From Blepharisma stoltei ATCC 30299 (Eukaryota > Protista > Ciliophora), in assembly GCA_965603825.1 (NCBI GenBank), contig CBFDEM010000030.1, positions 186,001 to 250,000 of the forward strand: DNA of 64,000 nucleotides, in the 5' to 3' direction. Positions 1 through 13,014 of the stretch are shown here, piece by piece; positions within the stretch are counted from its first letter, which is position 1, and every line of letters starts with the position of its first letter. The notes under the pieces were generated by a model. It was not told the origin of the DNA. It did no database searches and was given only the letters and a program-made list of their open reading frames with translations. A program made the position numbers and the translations under genes.

Positions 1-496
1 AGTAAATAATTATAAAAATCTAACCAGATTTTTCCTGCTGAATAAAAATCTTCTTTGAGTTAATTTATTTATATTGCAAGGTATCTTTCTGCTCAAAAAT
101 TAATTATTATAATTTGATCGCAAAGAATTTTAATAATCTACCCATTTTATTTTTTATATGAATATTTTACTAATAAAGCATTTTTTTGGCGTAAATTCTT
201 TATTAGACTCAATTTCTCGAATAATTTTCAATTTTGGAGTCGCTCAAGCGTGCAGACTCCACACGCAAACCCAATAAGCAGTTCTGGCAAAAGATAATAT
301 TAAACTTATTTAATAGAACTTTCGGCTGCATTCTAAGATTTGACGGAGATTAAAGGACAAAATTACTAATGACTTTTTGATCATAAATGGCTTTAATAAT
401 TAGTGGCGATATATTTATTGATTGAAAAAAAAAATATTTTAATAATGGAATAAATTGATTAAAAAACCTAGTTTTTTATAATTCTGATCTATAAAA

Positions 497-2725
497 ATGG
501 AAGAGCATGCAGATTCTGACTTAGGAAATATAAGAGTCATATGCCGTTTCCGTCCGCTCAATGAAAAAGAAAAAGAAATTTCGATGCAAACATGCATTGA
601 TTTTAGCTCTGACTGTAAAACTGTGACTGTACAAAGCCATACAGAAAATGCTGAGCCTCTGAAGTTTAATTTTGACCATGTTTTTGACCCTTCATCTTCT
701 CAATCTTCAGTATACGAGATCTCAGCTAAGCCTATTGTAGAAGCAGTAACCCAAGGATTCAATGGTACAATTTTTGCCTATGGCCAAACTTCAAGTGGTA
801 AAACATTTACCATGTCTGGTTCTGATGTTTCAGATCCAGAAATGATGGGTATTATTCCGAGAATGGTAAGCACTGTTTTTGAGTCTATTGGAAACTCTGA
901 AGATTACTTGGAATTCCAAGTTAAAGTATCATACTGCGAAATATATATGGAGAAAATTAAAGACTTACTTGAACCAAACAAAAATAATTTAAAAATTCAT
1001 GAAGACAGAATAAGAGGGATTTATATCTCAGGATTATCTGAGAAATATGTAAATGATGACCAAGAAGTATACGATTTAATGAGTTTGGGGCTAGAAAATC
1101 GAGAAGTTGGCTATACTCATATGAATGCTGGATCATCAAGATCTCACTCAATATTTATTATTACAATCGCACAATCAAATACGAAAGTTTTGTCAACAAA
1201 AGTAGGCAAGTTGTATTTGGTCGACCTTGCTGGAAGTGAAAAAGTAGGAAAAACAGGAGCTGAAGGGAAAAGACTTGAGGAAGCTAAAAATATAAATAAA
1301 TCTTTAACAACTCTGGGGCAAGTGATATCAGCTTTAACAGATGGTAAATCAACACATGTTCCTTACAGGGATTCCAAGCTGACAAGAGTTCTGCAAGATT
1401 CTTTAGGAGGAAACTCAAAAACTACACTTATTGTCACCTGCTCACCATCTCCGTACAATGAGAGTGAAACTATAAGCACGTTAAGATTTGGCATCAGAGC
1501 TAAAGCTATTAAAAATAAGCCTAAAGTAAACCGTGAATACACAGTTGGAGAACTCAAGATTTTACTATCAAAAGCTAGAGAAGAAATCACCGAAAAGAAT
1601 AAACGAATTTCTGAGCTTGAAATAAATTTGCAGCAGTCTGGACATCAAATTCCAGATAATTTATTACCTTTCGGATTAAATATTGAAGGAGACTCATCAC
1701 TCCTTAACCTCTCTAAGATGTCTGAATATGATGAGATTTTCCACGAGCTTGAAGACATACGGTCTCGGCTTTCAGAAGAAGTCCAAACCAACCATTCTTT
1801 AAGCCAAGACTTAAGCCAAACTCAAGTTGACTTAGAAAGCTTAAAATCTGTAAGTGATTATATGGTAAAAGAATTAGAAAAAGCCAATAATTTAACAAAA
1901 ACACTAAAATCTGACATTAAAGAAAAAGAAGAAAAAATCTTCACATTAATTGACACCAATGAGAAGCTTACAAAAAAAAACAAAGGGCTTGCCGAAAAAG
2001 AATTTGAACTAAAACAAGAAATTTTGGCAAAAGAGTATGAAATTGATCAGCTTAAAGAAGAAATTAAAAAATTGCAAAATGGAGCAATTGAAAAAGTTAT
2101 AGAAAAAAGAATCAAAACTGGGTGAGAAGATCCAGACCTTGAAGAAGGATTAGTAGAGTCTACATGCAGCTCTGAAGACAAAATAAAATCGCTTTTGAGT
2201 TTAGATGAAGATGAAATCCAAAGGTCAGCAACTGTATCAGTATTGCGCTCATGGGAACTTTGGAATAATGAAAAAAAATCGTTTGTTGCTGAGATTCAGA
2301 ATAGAACAAATAGCATAATATCACTTAATAGCCAACTTGATGAATCTAAGAAAAAATGCAAAGAGCTAGAAGTGGCACTAAACCAAGATGAAAGACAAAT
2401 GAGAATTGAAAATAAATTTATACAGCATAGCTTATGCGAACTTACCAAGAAGTTCCATAGAGTAGCAGCTAAAAAATCAAAATATAAGATAGAAAATGAA
2501 GCAAACGAGAAGAAAATAAAAAGGCTGAATGATAGATGTGCCGAGCTTGAAAACAAGGCGCATCGTTATAGAGAAAAATTAAAAGCTTATAAGTTTTCGA
2601 TACACCAGTTTAATAAGCAAGCTGAGCTTTCAAGGGCGACGATTAGTCATATTGGAGCTGTTTCTTATTCAAATATAAGAAAAACAATAGTCGGAGGAAG
2701 TCTTTCTAAAAGGAATGAATTTTAG
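497..2725 (+). CDS. Kinesin-1 (heavy chain)-like motor protein, 742 aa
   Basis: Motor motifs GQTSSGKT, SSRSH, LVDLAGSE and HVPYRDSKLT, followed by coiled coil. ORFs 497..2125 and 2195..2725 are in frame and joined by TGA(2123-2125)=Trp; ends TAG. Confidence 0.9.
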
Positions 2726-3744
2726 ATTATTATGAAAGCTTGCTGAAGCAGTATAAATATTTAATCATATATATTGTTTATAAAATTTATTAGGTAAGAA
2801 ATTATAAATAAAATTAATTTAAAATCTTGTTTTAGCAAGCTATTAAAAAATATAGATGAGATAAGGCTTCTATTTAATAATAATTATTAGAAAACCCCAG
2901 CTGTATTGCTAAGTTTCGTTTATATAGTTCATTGCTAAATAATATTAGCAACTAAAGTCTAATTCTTTAGTTCGTACTATTTTGGCCTTCACTTCTCTTC
3001 TTTAGATAATAGTGAAATTAGCAGGCTTTTTTAAATTATTCTTGAATTTAGTTTGGCGTTTTTGAATCCCCAAATATAAAAATTATTTGATTTTGATTAA
3101 ATTTCAAATTTATATTTTAAAACTTTTCCTTAATTTTTAAATAAAATTTAATATACTTTATAATTCACCCAATCTCCGTTTTTAACAATTTTTATGAAAA
3201 AATTGAAAAATTTTAATACCTTTGCTATAATAAAAATTATAATATGCGAAGATTCATCCTTGCTCATGAATTACACCAGTCTTTTATTAATTACAGCAGC
3301 TCACTGCTTATAGACAGTTTTGGCCTCAATAATTAATTTATAAAATTTTATTATAAGTAATTTTTTAAAAATTTCAATCCTAAAAATTCATAAATGTCAA
3401 GGTTTTTTAAATTATCTCCAAATATTGTCGATACGTTATAAACATCAGATATCGCTAAAATAAAAATTAAAACGGTCAGAATATATTTAATTTCATTTCT
3501 TATTTATAAAGACTCAAAAATTAATTTTCCTCTCCAACTCAGAATTTTTTCACCCAAGGATAATCACATAAAAATCGTGAGTCTTATTAATTCTCTTATC
3601 AAATAAAAGAATTAATATCAAATATATGCATTTGGTACCTTAGTATTGAAATAAGTCCTCGTTTCTGATTACTTAATTTAACTCTCTCTCATTTTGAATA
3701 CCATGATGTCACTAAATTAGAATATATTTTACCTTAAAGTGTGT

Positions 3745-4467
3745 ATGAGCCTTCACCAAGACCTGTCCGAATTTGTTCAAAACATGCAAAATAACGCCCC
3801 AGCTACTTTTTATAATTATTCTTTATACCCTGAAAGCATGGGTAATTGATATGACTTAAGCCTAAACGGTTTCGCATATGCTCCTAATTTAAGTCAGGAG
3901 AGTTATAATAGCTTGCCCCAGCAAGCCTCTCCTGAAATTTCAGCTGAAGTACATTGTAAGAAGAAACGAGGAAGAAAGCCTCTCAGACCAAATGATCCAA
4001 TTAAGAAAAAGACAGAAGAAAAAGACAAGTACTGACTAAGATCGTTCAGAAGCTATATGAAGTTTCATTTTCAGAAAATTGAGGAATCTCTAAGTAAAGA
4101 GGAAAAAAAATTCTGGCATATGTACTTAGGAAATAAAGGTAAACCAGAAAAAGGAAACAGATTTTTGTCCTATGGCAAAAAGTATAAAGATTTTTTATTC
4201 TCTCATAAAACCTTTGTAGACCAGTATCGGGAGTGGTTTACAGAGCAAGGTCAAGCTGAGCTACTTAAGAAATATGAGATCGGGAGCGATCTCTGGTTTG
4301 TATATTATGATTATGCTGCTAAAGACCTATTTAATTATCAGCTGAATAATCATAAGATTAAAAAGGAAAATACTAGCAGTCAAGTTGGAGACATGGATCA
4401 GCTTATGAATCTTTATATGATGTCGCTTTGAAAATTAAATCCCTCGAGCTGCCAGATTCAATATTAA
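3745..4467 (+). CDS. Hypothetical nuclear protein with AT-hook-like KKKRGRKP motif
   Basis: ATG 3745 is in frame with ORF 4057..4431 when TGA is read as Trp (..EEKDKY-W-LRSFRSYMK). Reading through TGA 4429-4431 ends at TAA 4467. Confidence 0.7.
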
Positions 4468-5031
4468 GAATTCGAAACGTAAAATTTTATATTTTTAATA
4501 AAGAGAAATATTATAATAAAAGTGAAATTAAAGCAATTTAAATAAGAAAAGTAGTAAAATTTATACTCAAAGAAAAGCATAGGATTTTTATATTAAAAGA
4601 ATAGTTTGCTTTTAATTTGAATTCAAAACTTGATGCTATTCATGTTAAAATATGGAAATGCCTTACTGGCTTATATAATAAAAATTAATCAAGTTGGCAT
4701 TATTTTAAAATATGAAGGAAGGATCATATATAAGGGCTTAACAAGAAAAATACTAAAAAGTATAAAAATGTCGTATATATTTGATGAAATAAAGATCGCG
4801 GATATCTAACTGAAATCCACTTGCTGCTCAAAACAGCTTCTATATTTAACATGGATTAGTATCATCGTTATAGACTGTTTCAAGAGGCTCTAGTATAATT
4901 AATAAATCTGGAAGCAAATTCACGAATCTTTATTTAGTTAAGAATTTAGTAAACTGAATTTATTATTTTTATTATAACGCTCTATAATTTTAATTTAAAA
5001 TACATAGGATAGACTAATTATATAGATTAAA

Positions 5032-5979
5032 ATGGATCTTTACAATTGGAAAATTCTCTCACTAAGCCTTATTCTATTTTTATCAATCCTTGTAGGTCTC
5101 ACTGCTTATGCATTGTAACTTTTACTCAGAAAAAAAATCCCAAGCCGGTTGACAGGGATTTTTAATTCATTTGCAGGTGGAACATTTCTTGCAATTGCCT
5201 TATTGCATTTATTGCCAGAAGGAGTCGAAAAGCTCCAAGAATTTAAAGTTTTGCCTCTTGGCTTTTTAATAGCCTTGATCGGGTATTTTTTTATACTTTT
5301 TATCGATAAAATTGCCTTTTCTGATCATCACTTGGTGACACATGGGAATCAGCATGTTGACCTTGGCGTCCACAACCATCAGCCAGGTATAGACGAAGAA
5401 GAAACCAGACTGAAGCATGTCATTTCCACAAGAGACCGAGTAGTATGTCATCTTGGTTCAGGCTGCGGAGAAAATTGTGGATCAGTCTGCGAAGAGCTTA
5501 GAAAACCATTTTTAGATAAATGCAATAAATGGCACACTTCATATGTAAGCTCAGTGCTCCTTATCATTGCTTTATCCCTTCATGGAATTCTTGAAGGGTT
5601 TGCTATTGGACTCCAAGAAAACAGTAAAGATTTAATGAATCTGACCATTGCAGTGACTATACACAAAGTACCTGAAATCTTGGCGCTGTGTATTAGCCTA
5701 GGAGACATGACGCAAAAGCATGCTTTTGCGTCAGTGTCTTTGCTTATAATGGCAAGTCCGATTGGGATTGTTATGGGAATGCTTGTGATGAAATATATAT
5801 CAACTTTTATGATTGGGGTGCTTTTGAGCTTTACAACTGGCACTTTTCTTTATATTTCAGCGTCTGAAATTGTAGTAGAGGAATTTGCGATCTCCAAAAA
5901 TAAATGAGCGAAGTTTAGCTCACTTATGCTTGGAGCTACAGCTATTACATTAATGCTATTTCTTGAAGAGCATGAATAA
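5032..5979 (+). CDS. ZIP-family (SLC39) zinc/metal transporter; one 15-nt intron
   Basis: Motifs FAGGTFLAIALLHLLPE, His-rich loop, LHGILEGFAIG, IHKVPE and GTFLYI. ATG 5032 plus intron 5115-5129 gives TM1; TGA 5905=Trp; ends TAA. Confidence 0.9.
5115..5129 (+). other. 15-nt spliceosomal intron (GTAACTTTTACTCAG)
   Basis: GT..AG with A at position 10; removes an in-frame TAA and joins ATG 5032 to the ZIP ORF. Confidence 0.85.
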
Positions 5980-6420
5980 ATTGAATATTTTAATTAATTA
6001 ATGCAATTAATCCGTAATAAGTAAAGAATCTTACTTGGTATTATAAATAGATACCCAGATAATTCAAATCAGCTGTAAATTATTTAAGATGGTTAATTAT
6101 ATAATACTAATTTGATGGAATGTAAGAGTATTCTGATAGGCTTCCTCGCATTATTTCTTTGTGTCCAGAAATATATTATAGTCTAAGCTAATATTTCTTA
6201 TTCTATTATTTGTTTTCTCACTGAGAAGGGGAATTTAGCAAGTTAATCTAAGTTTTAAGCTGTTTTTCGATAAAATAACTGAGTATATTTTACCCAAAAA
6301 ACTTATAACATAAAATGCTTATACTGTTTTGCTCACTCTTAGCAGCATGAGATTTATAAAAAATATCCCAATCTTTTCTCATAATTTAATTACAATTTTT
6401 ATTCGATAAATGCATTAAAG

Positions 6421-6852
6421 TTAAGAACTTACTGCATCATTTACCTGCCCTTTCTTTGGTTTACCAGCTTTGAGTGGGTAAAGTGTGAGCTTTGACTTGA
6501 AGAGCTCCAATCTCTGCACATTTCTCTGCAAAGTTTCAGCACTCTTGTTTCTTCTTCTATGATCCACTTTAATTCCAATCGATCTGGCAAATTGAGCAGT
6601 TAAATTAGCCCCTCTGAGTTCCTCGAGTGAAAATCCACGCCCTGTTTTAGATTTAGAGCAATATCTAATGGTCTGGCCCTGAACAATTGGCCTTAAAGTC
6701 TTAAGAGGGACTGGAGCTGATTGGGCAAGCTTAAGACTTCTTGCTTTACGACGGCGCTGCTTGCGTGCAGGCTGGTTGAACCAAGTCTTAACGTAGCTTT
6801 GCCAATCCTTATGAAAGTGTGCATTGGGAACCACGTTATTGTGTTTAACCAT
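6421..6852 (-). CDS. RPL13: 60S ribosomal protein L13 (eL13), C-terminally short (143 aa)
   Basis: [38 protein letters not shown] and [13 protein letters not shown] are diagnostic; stops at TAA after [11 protein letters not shown]. Confidence 0.93.
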   Translation of the reverse strand: MVKHNNVVPNAHFHKDWQSYVKTWFNQPARKQRRRKARSLKLAQSAPVPLKTLRPIVQGQTIRYCSKSKTGRGFSLEELRGANLTAQFARSIGIKVDHRRRNKSAETLQRNVQRLELFKSKLTLYPLKAGKPKKGQVNDAVSS

Positions 6853-7235
6853 TTTATGATTATGATTTTATCTAAGAGTGTTGATACAAAAGCTATAGAG
6901 GTGAAGTGCATAGGAATATAGCGCTATTATATATCTTTTATCGCAATTTTATGGATAGTTTTTTACATTTATGGGGATTATTTTAATTTGATTGCATTTA
7001 TTATTTTTAAGATCGAAAAAAGATTTTTTATTAAAATCTGAACTGATTCATGAAGAATAATGCACTTTTATTAAGTTTTAAGTATATAAAAAATTCTATA
7101 ACATTCAGCAATTTCATCTAAATTTGCTTTATTTAAAGCAGTTTCAATTGTAAATCTGATATCATCAATTAATAATAAAAGACCAAATTTGGTTTCTGCT
7201 CCATTCCGTTTATGAGTGTTAAAAAATTTAATAAA

Positions 7236-8708
7236 ATGGGTTGCTCAATCATGACAAAGCCAAAAATTGAACCAGAACCTTTTGATGAAAAGTGCATTAG
7301 CCATGTCAGCGAAATTAAAGTTGACCCAGGAATCTTTGTTCAAGAAAACACCAACAAATTTCAAGAAATCTACCGAGTTGGGTCAAATTTAGGCAGCGGC
7401 GCTTTTGGAGAAGTAAAAACCTGCTTTCACAGAGATACAGGACAAAAACGAGCTGTGAAAATTTTTCGAAAAGATTTAATTTCGCGTGGAGGGAAACGCC
7501 AAGCCCTTGACCAGGAAATAGAAATCCTAAAACAGCTAGATCATCCTAATATCGTAAGAGTTTATGAGTTTTTCGAGGACGAAAGACGTTTGTACATTGT
7601 TATGGAATATTGCAGCGGCGGAGAGCTTTATGCAGAAATTGTTAAAAGAAAATCTTTTAACGAAGTCCATGCTGCACAAATAATGCAGCAGATCTTGTCA
7701 GCTGTGTCCTATATGCATGATAATTTTATTATTCATAGAGATTTGAAGCCTGAGAATATTCTGCTTGAAGAACAAAATGAGACTATGAATATAAAATTAA
7801 TAGACTTTGGAGCAGCCATTGTGAATAGAGACAGTGACCACTATAAAAATGCCATGGGAACTTCATATTATGTGGCTCCAGAAGTACTTACTGGAGAATA
7901 TAACGAAAAATGCGATATGTGAAGCTGCGGAGTCATTTCTTATATACTATTGTCTGGGCAGCCACCTTTTGAAGGTAGAAATGATACAGAAATTCTTGGA
8001 AAAGTAAAAATTGGGAAATTTGATATGGAGTCAGACCCATGGCCAAGGATTTCAAGTGAGGCTAAAAACTTTATTTCCAGACTTTTATGTCCTAACGATG
8101 AAAGGCTATCAGCAAGCCAAGCAATCCAACACCCATGGATTACACAAAGAGCTTACAGAACTTTGCCAAGCTCTGATATAATTCAAGAAGTTTTGTTGAA
8201 ACTAAACAACTTTCATTCCTCTAATAAATTGAGGGATGCTGTATATACTTTTATTACAACTCAATGTATTTCTGTTCAGGATACAAAGCTGCTTAGAGAA
8301 GTTTTCAGAAATTTGGACAGAGATGGAGATGGCAAAATAAGCCGACATGAGCTTTTGCAAACTTACACAAAAACAGTAGGAGCTGAGCAAGCTGCCATTG
8401 ATGTAGATAGAGTCATGAAAGAAGTTGACACAGATAACAATGGCTATATCAATTACTCAGAATTTTTAAAAGCAACTCTAGATATAAGAAAAGTCATGTC
8501 AACTGAAAACTTAAAAGCAGCCTTCAGGATGTTCGATAAAGATGGAAATGGCTCCATATCAGCAGATGAACTAAGAAAAGTACTCGAAGGCGGCGCATCT
8601 AGCAGTGAACAGGTATGGAATGACATTATAGACCAAGTTGACCAAAATGGAGACGGCGAAATCGACCTACAAGAATTTGAAGATATTGTGTTATCTAAAC
8701 TTTCCTAG
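7236..8708 (+). CDS. Calcium-dependent protein kinase (CDPK), 490 aa, MGC N-terminus
   Basis: [23 protein letters not shown] and DM-W(TGA 7920)-SCG, plus four EF-hands; ends TAG. Confidence 0.93.
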
Positions 8709-8751
8709 CATGTTATTTTAAGCAGTTTTTATTTAGACAGTAATAAATTAC

Positions 8752-10215
8752 TTATAATCGCAAGCTTGCGTACTTTTCTCTGAAGTTTGGGTCCATCATC
8801 AGCCTTTCTATCAGCTCTTCTGGGTACGACGGCTCTCCTTTTTCATTGTGAATATTAGCTATAACAATATTCAGCCTTGCAATTTCAGCTTGCAAGTATT
8901 GAATCATATGGGTAAACTTGCTGACAAGCTCCCTTTGTTTTTCTTCACATCTGCAATCTTCTTGTGTAAATCCAGTCAAATATGATGGTTCTCCAGGTAT
9001 TGGCGATGGAGACGCTTCTCTCATTTTCGTGCGAATTAATTCAAGCTCTTGTTTCAGCTCAGCATTGTGGCATTCTAACAATTGGTTTCTCTGAATAATC
9101 CCTTCAGTTGACGCATTTATTTTGTAATCCACATTTTCATTCAATTTTGCATAAGTTTTTACCCTCATCGCCCTTGTTGCGAAAAGTAAGGTAGAATAAG
9201 TCTCATCATAGTTCAATAATGATGGCCCGACGCACGCATATAAAGTGGTTTTACTGTTCCCTCCTAATGAATCAGTCAGAAGTCTTGTCAACTTGCTGTC
9301 TCTGAATGGGACATGTGACAGATTAGCATTATCTGAAGATAATGCAGCTACACAATTTCCTAACGCAGAAATTGATTTGTTGATGTTTTTTGCTTCGTTT
9401 AGTCTGAGACCTTCTGAGCCGGATTTAGAGAGTCTTTCACTTCCAGCTAAATCGACTATTGTTAAAAGCCCACGCTTGACCCTTCGCTTTTTTGGAGGGC
9501 CTTCTTCAATCCACCTTTGTTCTAAAAAGATTTGGAGCACTGCATGGCTTCTAGAAGAATTTTTGTTCATTGAGGTGGAGCCTGTAGACCTTGTTCTTGC
9601 GGCTTCTTGGATTATGTACATGAGTTCTTGCTCGTTTTGGATTATTTTCTGTGTTAAGCCACCTACAAAAATGCCAGTTTTAGGGTCTTCACGGATTTGG
9701 AGGCCTCCTTTGGGCTGAGGTTTATTTGACAATAAATCGGTGATGGTTTCCATATAAATTTGCATAAAGGAAATAGTGACTTGGAACTGGGCTTCTTCGA
9801 TGTTTTCGTTGATAAATTCAAATATTCTATGAATAGATCTTGGGACGACTCCTCCTTCTTCGTGATAGCCTTCTCCATAATAATCAATTGCAGATCGAGA
9901 GCCGAAGACGGTGTATGTTTTGCCTGTGCCAGTTTGCCCATAAGCAATCATGGTACCATTATACCCATTAATTACCTCATCTACTACATTTCGACCTACA
10001 AGGTCAAACACTTCAGGCTGAGAGATTTCAGGAGATATAACACGATCAAACACAAACTCCCTGTCATCAAAATAGGGTTTTACCAAATATAAATGGGTGC
10101 TATCTTCATGGCATTTTGTACAAACTTCTGGTGATTGGCTGATTTTTTTAAAAAGTACAACATCTTCTTTTATCATTGGTCGAACCCTGACATAAACCGA
10201 AAATCTGCTATCCAT
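8752..10215 (-). CDS. Kinesin-family motor protein, 487 aa
   Basis: GQTGTGKT, SSRSH, IVDLAGSE and HVPFRDSKLT, with a short coiled-coil tail. Confidence 0.92.
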   Translation of the reverse strand: MDSRFSVYVRVRPMIKEDVVLFKKISQSPEVCTKCHEDSTHLYLVKPYFDDREFVFDRVISPEISQPEVFDLVGRNVVDEVINGYNGTMIAYGQTGTGKTYTVFGSRSAIDYYGEGYHEEGGVVPRSIHRIFEFINENIEEAQFQVTISFMQIYMETITDLLSNKPQPKGGLQIREDPKTGIFVGGLTQKIIQNEQELMYIIQEAARTRSTGSTSMNKNSSRSHAVLQIFLEQRWIEEGPPKKRRVKRGLLTIVDLAGSERLSKSGSEGLRLNEAKNINKSISALGNCVAALSSDNANLSHVPFRDSKLTRLLTDSLGGNSKTTLYACVGPSLLNYDETYSTLLFATRAMRVKTYAKLNENVDYKINASTEGIIQRNQLLECHNAELKQELELIRTKMREASPSPIPGEPSYLTGFTQEDCRCEEKQRELVSKFTHMIQYLQAEIARLNIVIANIHNEKGEPSYPEELIERLMMDPNFREKYASLRL

Positions 10216-10279
10216 TTTTTATAAATTTAAATATAAATTTCGAGATTTCTTGAATTTGGCTCATATGAAAATTAAAGCA

Positions 10280-11632
10280 TTATCTGCTTTTAGAATTATT
10301 TATCAACACATATTTGTTTTCTATAGCTTCTTCTATTGGGGAATTTAAAAATGATGGGATATTTCTGCTTGAATAATAAGCTAGACAGGCTAATAAAGCC
10401 ATAATATAAAAAGATGCTGCATAATTAAAGGGGAAAATCCATGAGCTTTCTACAGTTTTAGAAAAAATAAACCCATACACTAAAGGTGCAAAAGCTCTTA
10501 CCATAGCTCCCACAGTCATCGAAATCCCGTTCATTCTTCCTCTTTCTTTTGCGACTATTGAATTATTAGCAATTATGACTTGTGCAGTAAACCCAATGTT
10601 GAGGACGAGATACCATCATGCACACATAGAACAAAGCATGACTCATTTTATTGTGTTGTCTTTATTCAGCGCACTTGCTAGTGGAAAAATCATTAAAGAA
10701 GGGATTTGGAGCAGCAAACATGCATGCAAAGTTTTCACCATTCCCAGCTTTCCACATATAAAGTTATGTACTGGTTTCTGTATAAAAAGAACCAGGCAAG
10801 ACCCAACCCCTAGAATTAGCCCAATCTCATTAGGGTTCATCTCAAATCCTCCGCTGTTAATATTTGCCCAGAACCATAAAGTGACTATTTCATGAAATCC
10901 TGTTGAGTTACTAGAAAAGCAGGCATATGCAGAAAGCGGCTTTAAACAGATAGGATCTTTTGCAATTTGTCAAAATGACCTATTATTTTCATTTATCAGG
11001 CTAAGCCTATTATGAGATTTGTCAAGGGTTTCCCAGAGAGTTAAATAAATCATCGGCAAACAAAGTGCAGCAAGAATCGCAGTCACAACATTGGGCAGAA
11101 GGAAAGGATAATCAGCAAAAATCCCAGAAGAAACTAATCCAGACTCTTGAGGACTTTCAAACAATCCTCCTAATATGCTGCCCACAATCATGCCTATTTG
11201 TCACAAGATATTTTGTCAAGCCATTGCTGAAGACTGCTCACTGCTAGTGCAGATTTCTGAGATAACAGTTTTGCCGACAATTGCAATAGGTGTCATTGCT
11301 CCTAGTAAAAATCGAGATATAAGTGCAAACAAGAAATTGGCTGAGAAACCAAAAATGATTGAAAAAACAGCAACTGATAGCATTGCTATCATTATTATTG
11401 GCTTTCTTCCTCAGATGTCACAAAGTTGGCCTCAAAAAGGAGATGATATAGAAGTCCCGAACATGAGGGAAAATGTAAGAATTCCAACCCAAGTCCCAGC
11501 TGCATCTCTGCTGTCTGCTAACCCAAAACTCATTACCATTTTGCTTCCATATGGAAGTACAATTGTAAAGATTATCGCATTTGTGAAAAATGCTAAGTAG
11601 ATACTGATAAGTGCCAATGATTTGCTCGCCAT
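10280..11632 (-). CDS. MFS transporter (ZIFL1/TetA-like), about 450 aa
   Basis: Four short minus-strand ORFs (11432-11632, 10970-11191, 10643-10840, 10280-10534) share one frame and are joined by TGA=Trp. Carries the MFS motif-A-like WGQLCDIWGRKP and YPFLLPN. Confidence 0.85.
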
Positions 11633-12228
11633 TTATAAAAAATAATTCATAATGGGCTGTTCTGTTTCTCACTGATTTATAAGATTTAGCCCTTCATGAT
11701 TAAAATAATTGAAAAACGCAATTAAAAGTAAAATATTACTGTCTTCAAAAATATGGTCGAAATTATTCTAACTGTTATTGTCTCTTTAAAGGTAAATAAT
11801 ACTCATTATAGTAGTTTCTAAGCATATTTTACCCTTAAACCTAGCGTAGATAATTATTGCACTCTCAAATTTCTAAGTTTCCTAAATATTTTTTCTCTCT
11901 CAATTTCTCAAAAATTTAAAAGCATTTAATTTAATTTTCTCAATAATTATCAAGAGCGTAATAATTTAATTCTCTCTTGTGATTTTTCCTTAAATTATCC
12001 CAAATTCTAATTACGTCACTGGCCAAAAAAGAGTTAAAAATGAAGTCATAATTAAAGCCATAATTTTTTTGTTGCATGACAATAGATTATTTTCTCTTAT
12101 TTCTACGCTAATTCAAATTATCTCAATTTTAAGACTTGTTGTAGTAAATTTAAATTACTTTTATATCGACATTTATTAAGGATATATGATACAGGCCCAC
12201 AAATTTAATGGAATAATAATAATAGTCC

Positions 12229-13014
12229 ATGAACTTAAAAAAGAAGCTTTGTGCTGAGGCCTACGGAACTTTTATGCTCACTTTTGTCATCGTTGGCAAG
12301 TATTATGAAGCCAACTTAATGGGTCCTGCATTTTGGATGTGTGTCCAAGGCACCAATATGATTCACTCCTTCCACTTTAATCCTTGTGTCACTTTAGCCT
12401 CTTGGATGCATAAGAAAATGCTTGGCAAGCTAAAACCCATAGATTCTTACCTGTACTGGTCTTTCTTTATCCAGATTATTGGAGCAATTCCAGGTGTTTT
12501 TGCTGGGTGGTGGATTTATGACTCAGATTTCTATTTCAAAACTGGGGATGACTATACTGACGCCCAAAAATTTTTTGCCGAACTAATTTTCAGTATTCAT
12601 ATTATCCTTTGTCCATTAGGTATAACCTTTTGGCCTCATAATAGACTAATTGGAAGCCTTGTGGTGGCTGGAGGACTTACCGCAGGGATCCATACAGTAG
12701 AGCATATTTCTGGTGCATGTTTTAATCCTACAATCTGCTTTACAGTTAATATTATCCAAGGAATCAGAACCGGCGATTCAGAGCATTTTAAGTACCTCTG
12801 GATCTACTTTATAGCCCCTGTGATTGCGATGTTTATTGCAGCAGGGTTAGCATGTATAATACATTTCCCACCGGAGGAGCCGATAGTAAAGCAAGTAAGT
12901 GAAATCGAATCGGCAAGCGATAATAATGAGAAGCCTGGTGAAAACGAGTACGAACGTGCTAAGGTTGAGACTGCTCATGCAATTGAACCTCCAAGCGGGA
13001 CTAATAACGTTTAG
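12229..13014 (+). CDS. Aquaporin/MIP family channel, copy 1 (NPC/NPT loops)
   Basis: AEAYGTF, HFNPCVT, FFAELI, SGACFNPT and WIYFIAP. Confidence 0.88.
   Translation: MNLKKKLCAEAYGTFMLTFVIVGKYYEANLMGPAFWMCVQGTNMIHSFHFNPCVTLASWMHKKMLGKLKPIDSYLYWSFFIQIIGAIPGVFAGWWIYDSDFYFKTGDDYTDAQKFFAELIFSIHIILCPLGITFWPHNRLIGSLVVAGGLTAGIHTVEHISGACFNPTICFTVNIIQGIRTGDSEHFKYLWIYFIAPVIAMFIAAGLACIIHFPPEEPIVKQVSEIESASDNNEKPGENEYERAKVETAHAIEPPSGTNNV

Noticed and set aside
5980-6420. Retained IES or ordinary cis-intron explaining the RPL13 truncation
   Set aside because: The RPL13 frame does not resume before the convergent ZIP gene, and there is no 15-16 nt GT-AG at the breakpoint.
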